Below, piece after piece: positions 47,301 to 52,418 of a DNA stretch of 52,418 nucleotides. The stretch comes from a bacterium. GTDB taxonomy: Bacteria; UBP6; JAFGXH01. Location of the stretch: positions 1-52,418 of the forward strand of contig JAFGXH010000178.1 in assembly GCA_016936735.1 (NCBI GenBank), written 5' to 3'. Position numbers and translations under genes: made by a program. The stretch's first letter is position 1. Every line of letters starts with the position of its first letter. The notes below the pieces were generated by a model. The model made no database searches and was not told the DNA's origin. It saw only the letters and a list, made by a program, of their open reading frames with translations.

Positions 47301-47999
47301 GTGAATATTATAGATGAAAACTCTACAAAAACATTTTCTCAAACAAAAGAGTTTATTAAAGATAGATATATAATTCAACAGGAGATTTATCAAAATTATA
47401 AAAACTCAATTCTTTTAGCAACAGACATATTTCTTGAAAAAGATATAATAATAAAACTATCTTTTTCTGAAATGGGAAATAGAGAGATAATAAATGAATT
47501 TAAGAAAATAGCTCTATTTACACACTCATCAATAATCCGAGGATTTGATATTCAAAAACTTTCAATAAATGAGTTAAATAGTGACTCCATTTTTATTGAT
47601 AAAATCAATTCAAATGGGTTGTTTTTTTACACAATGGAGTATATAAAAGAGGATTTTGATAAAAATATGATTCAAAACTACATAAAACAGATTTTTGAGG
47701 CATTTTATACTATCCATAACAAAAATATAGTTCATAATGATATAAAATTAAATAATTTCATATTCTCAAAAAATAGAGTTGTATTGATAGATTTTTCAAA
47801 TTCAGTAGTTGCAGAGGAGAATGCTATTCTTTTAGAAAACCATAAATTATCAAGATTTATAATACAATGGATTAACTATATGTTTAATATAAATATTTTA
47901 GATGAACATAAAATAGGAAAAAAACTATTGTCTGATTTCTATTATAAACAAATTATAAATTTTTTTAACTATAAACAGGATAGAATTATTATTGAATAA
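47301..47999 (+). CDS. truncated eukaryotic-like protein kinase domain protein (atypical)
   Basis: 232 aa with a GTG start after a GAGG RBS. Motifs in order: DIIIKL (beta3 Lys), EIINEF (alphaC Glu), YTMEYI hinge, IVHNDIKLNN (HRD-like loop with Asp/Lys/Asn), LIDFS (DFG-like). No Gly-rich loop and no APE/activation segment. Confidence 0.5.
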   Translation: MNIIDENSTKTFSQTKEFIKDRYIIQQEIYQNYKNSILLATDIFLEKDIIIKLSFSEMGNREIINEFKKIALFTHSSIIRGFDIQKLSINELNSDSIFIDKINSNGLFFYTMEYIKEDFDKNMIQNYIKQIFEAFYTIHNKNIVHNDIKLNNFIFSKNRVVLIDFSNSVVAEENAILLENHKLSRFIIQWINYMFNINILDEHKIGKKLLSDFYYKQIINFFNYKQDRIIIE

Positions 48000-48094
48000 T
48001 CTATTAATAATAACAATTTTTTGTTTAAATCATAACACAAAACTCTTTGATATTTTGTATTTTTAATTATAAAGTAGATACTATTACTATTTTG

Positions 48095-48145
48095 TAATTA
48101 TTATTTTATAATTATTATTGACAATTATTTATTTTCCTTTATAAT
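48095..48145 (+). promoter_or_regulatory. promoter of the Fur-family gene with overlapping Fur/PerR-box-like repeats
   Basis: TTGACA (48118-48123), 16-nt spacer, TATAAT (48140-48145). TAATTATTAT is repeated at 48095-48104 and 48109-48118. TTATAATTATTAT (48106-48118) resembles a 7-1-7 Fur/Per box. Confidence 0.55.
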
Positions 48146-48171
48146 ACATAGGTATAATTTGGGGGATTATA

Positions 48172-48597
48172 ATGGATTCAATTGTATCTTTAGTTCAAAA
48201 ATGTAAAAAAGCAGGATTAAAATTAACACCACAACGTCTTGCAATATTTAAAACACTTGAAAATAATAAAACACATCCAACAGTTGACTCAATTTATCAA
48301 TCTTTAAAAAAAGATTTTCCAACAATGAGTTTAACAACTGTTTATAACACATTAGAAACACTTTATGAAATGGGTGAGATATCAAAATTAGATATTGATT
48401 CAGATAAGGCTCATTTTGATCCAGATAATAAAAGACATCATCATTTTCAATGTTCATCTTGTAAAAAAATAGTTGATGTTTTTGTTGATTTTTCTGAAAT
48501 ACTAAATAACAATGAGCTTCAAAATTCAAATTTCACAATAACCGATTTTAATATCAATTTTCGTGGAGTTTGTGACTCTTGCAATAAAAAAAATTAA
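48172..48597 (+). CDS. Fur-family metalloregulator (Fur/PerR/Zur not distinguishable)
   Basis: LKLTPQRLAIFKTL, HPTVDSIYQSL, TVYNTLETL, HHHFQCSSCKK...GVCDSC (two CxxC pairs). Confidence 0.85.
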   Translation: MDSIVSLVQKCKKAGLKLTPQRLAIFKTLENNKTHPTVDSIYQSLKKDFPTMSLTTVYNTLETLYEMGEISKLDIDSDKAHFDPDNKRHHHFQCSSCKKIVDVFVDFSEILNNNELQNSNFTITDFNINFRGVCDSCNKKN

Positions 48598-48705
48598 AAT
48601 CTCTATTTTATACCACTACAAAAAAACAAATTCTACTCATTATATTTCTATTATTTATAAAAAATGGTTTTTATTTTGTAAATAGATATTTAATTTGGCA
48701 TAAGA

Positions 48706-50019
<1,314 letters not shown>

Positions 50020-50179
50020 CTATCTTTTACCACATATTCACATTTGATTCAAATAAAATATTATATTTTATCATAAATAGAGGTTGTAAAAGGAATAAAT
50101 TATGAAAAATAAAATTATTTACACTTTTTAAAATGGTAATTTATAAATTTATCTAATTCATATAATTTATAATCTATAA

Positions 50180-51304
50180 TTAGATTGAGGAGTTTAAAGC
50201 ATTTATGATATCTAAAAGAGCTGTTATATCAGAGATATCTCTATTTAAGAATGGTATTTTTAATATCTCTGCATTTTTTAAAATCGATAACTCTTTTAAA
50301 TCTTGAATATGTTTTTGATGATAAAATTTTCTGTTTTGTTCAAGAACAGAGAATATCTCTGATATTTTATGTTTTCCCATATCTGCAATTTGAGGAATAG
50401 TCATTATATCATCTAAATCTCCAATAACATTCTCTGATTCAAATGATGGATGAACCCTATTTACAATAAAGCCAGCCAAATTAAAATCATATTTTTCAAT
50501 CTCTTTTTGAAAAAAGAGGGCCTCCTCTAAAGAGGTTTTTTGTGGTGAGGTTATTATATAAAAAGCAACATCTTTTGATTTAAAAAGCTTATGGAGCTCT
50601 AAACTTCGAACCTTTATTCCATCCATTAAATCAGAAATATGAAAAAGGAATGATGCAATAACCTCTAATGTTTCAACTCCAACAAATTTTGATAGCCCCT
50701 TTAAAATAAATTGAGAAGAGAATTGAAAAAATTTTAAAAAAATTCCACCAGATTTTTCATACATTTGAATAAGAAGTTTTGTAAATTGGTTTTCAAATAT
50801 ATTAAAAAGTCTCTCTGGAGCAGAAAAAAAATCTAAAGCATTTGTTGTTGGAGGAGTATCTAAAACAATCAAATCATACTCTTTTTTTTGAGCAATCTCT
50901 GCTAAAAGATTCATTGCAGCAAACTCTTGTGTTCCTGGCAATGATGAAGAGAATGCTTTATATGCACTATTTTCAAAAAGTTTATCTTTTTTATCATTCG
51001 AAATATCACTCTCAACCATCTTATCAACAATATTTTTTCTATCCAACATCATTGCATAGAGTTCCCCTTTAGGAGTAACACCATATTTTTTTAATGGTGT
51101 TAAATCTATTTTTTGAGGTTCAACACCTAATGAATCAAGTCCAAGAGCATTTGCAAGTCTTTTAGCTGGGTCAATTGTTAATACAAGGGTTTTTTTTCCT
51201 ATAATTGCTGCCTGAAGTCCCAATGTTGATGATATTGTAGTTTTTCCAACCCCACCACTACCAACAGATACAATAATTTTTTTATTAAAAATCTCATCAT
51301 TCAT
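50180..51304 (-). CDS. ArsA/Get3-like P-loop ATPase (divergent)
   Basis: Walker A is VGSGGVGKTT, with Ser where ArsA/Get3 have the signature Lys. LTIDPAKRLANALG and VLDTPPT switch motifs. I prefer the ATG at 51304 to the TTG at 51316. Confidence 0.7.
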   Translation of the reverse strand: MNDEIFNKKIIVSVGSGGVGKTTISSTLGLQAAIIGKKTLVLTIDPAKRLANALGLDSLGVEPQKIDLTPLKKYGVTPKGELYAMMLDRKNIVDKMVESDISNDKKDKLFENSAYKAFSSSLPGTQEFAAMNLLAEIAQKKEYDLIVLDTPPTTNALDFFSAPERLFNIFENQFTKLLIQMYEKSGGIFLKFFQFSSQFILKGLSKFVGVETLEVIASFLFHISDLMDGIKVRSLELHKLFKSKDVAFYIITSPQKTSLEEALFFQKEIEKYDFNLAGFIVNRVHPSFESENVIGDLDDIMTIPQIADMGKHKISEIFSVLEQNRKFYHQKHIQDLKELSILKNAEILKIPFLNRDISDITALLDIINALNSSI

Positions 51305-51312
51305 TTGCAATC

Positions 51313-51792
51313 TCAACTATCTTTTTTTTTAGAGAATATTTTTTTTATTCCATCAATACCATGAACACCTAATTTAGTAAGAGCACTCATAACAACAGGA
51401 CCACCTAAAAGTAAAACTTTTAAATAACCTTTAGATATCATTTTGATAAAACCAATATGTATTTTAAGAGAGACCTCTTTTCCACTCTCTTTATTTTTTA
51501 AAAGTTTGAAAAATAAAACACCAAAATCACCAACAGATTCACTTTTTAATGATATTAACTCATTTAATGCACCCTCTGATAAAGTTATTGTAAAATCTGG
51601 CTCTTTTGGTGAATTTTCAAATATTGAGGAGTAACTCTCTCCATCAACTCTTCTAAAAGAGTAACTTTTTGTTTTATCAATAGAGAAAACAACCTCTCCC
51701 TCAGCTTTTTTACTTAAAGGATTTGTTGCCTTTTTAGCAACATCTCTATTTTCAAAAAAATCTTTTAATTTAATAAACAAATCACTCATCAT
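51313..51792 (-). CDS. hypothetical protein (possible SCP2-like fold)
   Basis: 159 aa, immediately upstream of and abutting the ArsA-like gene. PDFTITLSEGALNELISLK weakly resembles SCP2. Low certainty. Confidence 0.35.
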   Translation of the reverse strand: MMSDLFIKLKDFFENRDVAKKATNPLSKKAEGEVVFSIDKTKSYSFRRVDGESYSSIFENSPKEPDFTITLSEGALNELISLKSESVGDFGVLFFKLLKNKESGKEVSLKIHIGFIKMISKGYLKVLLLGGPVVMSALTKLGVHGIDGIKKIFSKKKDS

Positions 51793-51921
51793 TACCTCTA
51801 ATAACAGACTTTACTTTATTTCTTTTTTCTCTTTTTTGTCAATATTTTTTAACAAATTCTATTATTGCATTTAATAACTTAATAAAATATAATAGGTTTA
51901 TATAAGTGTTGGAGGATTATA

Positions 51922-52326
51922 ATGGATAAAGAGAGAGAGTATTTATCAATATTAAAAGATATGAATAGGAAAGCCTATGCCCCATATTCAAATTTTAAAG
52001 TTTCTGCTCTATTAGTTACTAAAAGTGGAAAGATTTATACTGGAATTAATGTAGAAAATGCCTCTTATGGTGGAACTGTTTGTGCAGAAAGAGTTGCTAT
52101 ATTTAAAGCAGTAAGTGAAGGAGATATGGAGTTTGAAAAAATCTATATCTATAGTACAGATAAAGATGGAAATCACAAAATAACACCACCTTGTGGTTTT
52201 TGTAGACAGGTAATGGTTGAGTTTTCAAAAGATATGAAAATTATTTTAGTTGCTGAAAATGAGACAATTGAAACAGATATTGAAACGCTTCAGCCATTTT
52301 TATTTGATGAGACTTATTTAAAATAG
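51922..52326 (+). CDS. cdd: cytidine deaminase
   Basis: CAERVAIFKAV (H/C-A-E) and PCGFCRQVM zinc motifs. 134 aa homotetrameric type. Confidence 0.9.
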   Translation: MDKEREYLSILKDMNRKAYAPYSNFKVSALLVTKSGKIYTGINVENASYGGTVCAERVAIFKAVSEGDMEFEKIYIYSTDKDGNHKITPPCGFCRQVMVEFSKDMKIILVAENETIETDIETLQPFLFDETYLK

Positions 52327-52345
52327 TTGAGGAAAAAATAGAAAA

Positions 52346-52362
52346 GGCCGCTTAAAGCGGCC
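52346..52362. terminator. GC-rich hairpin between convergent cdd and tRNA-Asn (likely bidirectional terminator)
   Basis: GGCCGC-TTAAA-GCGGCC. On the minus strand it is followed by TTTTCTATTTTTT. On the plus strand the trailing T-tract is poor. Confidence 0.65.
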
Positions 52363-52369
52363 TCTCTAA

Positions 52370-52418
52370 CGCCCGTTGCTGGACTTGAACCAACGACCCG
52401 GTGATTAACAGTCACCTG
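52370..52418 (-). tRNA. tRNA-Asn (anticodon GTT), 3' part only (truncated by window end)
   Basis: The reverse complement reads ..GGTGA-CTGTTAA-TCACC-GGGTC-GTTGG-TTCAAGT-CCAGC-AACGGGC-G. Anticodon is GTT. CCA is not encoded. The 5' acceptor strand and D arm lie outside the window. Confidence 0.8.

Overview
AT-rich (about 30% GC by eye) chromosomal segment from a diderm bacterium; the taxon cannot be assigned from this window. Diderm markers are OMPLA, SurA/PdxA, an RND pump with a TolC-like lipoprotein, and beta-barrel OMPs. About 50 protein genes and two tRNAs are supported: tRNA-Ser(GGA) complete, and tRNA-Asn(GTT) cut by the window end. I saw no rRNA, CRISPR array, transposase, integrase or phage genes.

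Most of the window is housekeeping:
- rplM-rpsI
- a contiguous TCA block, icd-mdh-sucCD-korAB
- a Bacillus-type fadA-fadN beta-oxidation pair
- greA, tgt, deoB, purA, cdd, pdxA
- SurA-like chaperones and a long RelA/SpoT homologue
- a MarR-controlled RND efflux operon
- a Fur-family regulator

Several promoters have textbook TTGACA-N16/17-TATAAT geometry.

The least ordinary part is 41.2-48.0 kb:
- a heavy-metal-type permease translationally coupled to RNA 2'-phosphotransferase (Tpt1/KptA), followed by an ASCH/PUA-like protein
- divergently, a co-directional cluster with four genes: (i) a class III adenylate cyclase joined through one TM helix to what looks like a catalytically dead NlpC/P60-like domain, (ii) an orphan ParB/Srx-like protein, (iii) OMPLA, (iv) a truncated eukaryotic-like kinase domain

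Other signals:
- three tandem 20-bp MarR-type operator repeats interleaved with the efflux promoter, followed by a perfect 28-bp palindrome
- a GC-rich CACGTG-core palindrome present twice
- a FadR(YsiA)-like box in front of fadA
- a four-helix-bundle protein with a 69-bp x3 tandem repeat
- a D->Y change in the ED dyad of the RSH hydrolase domain

All identifications rest on motif recognition by eye. No database search or folding calculation was run.
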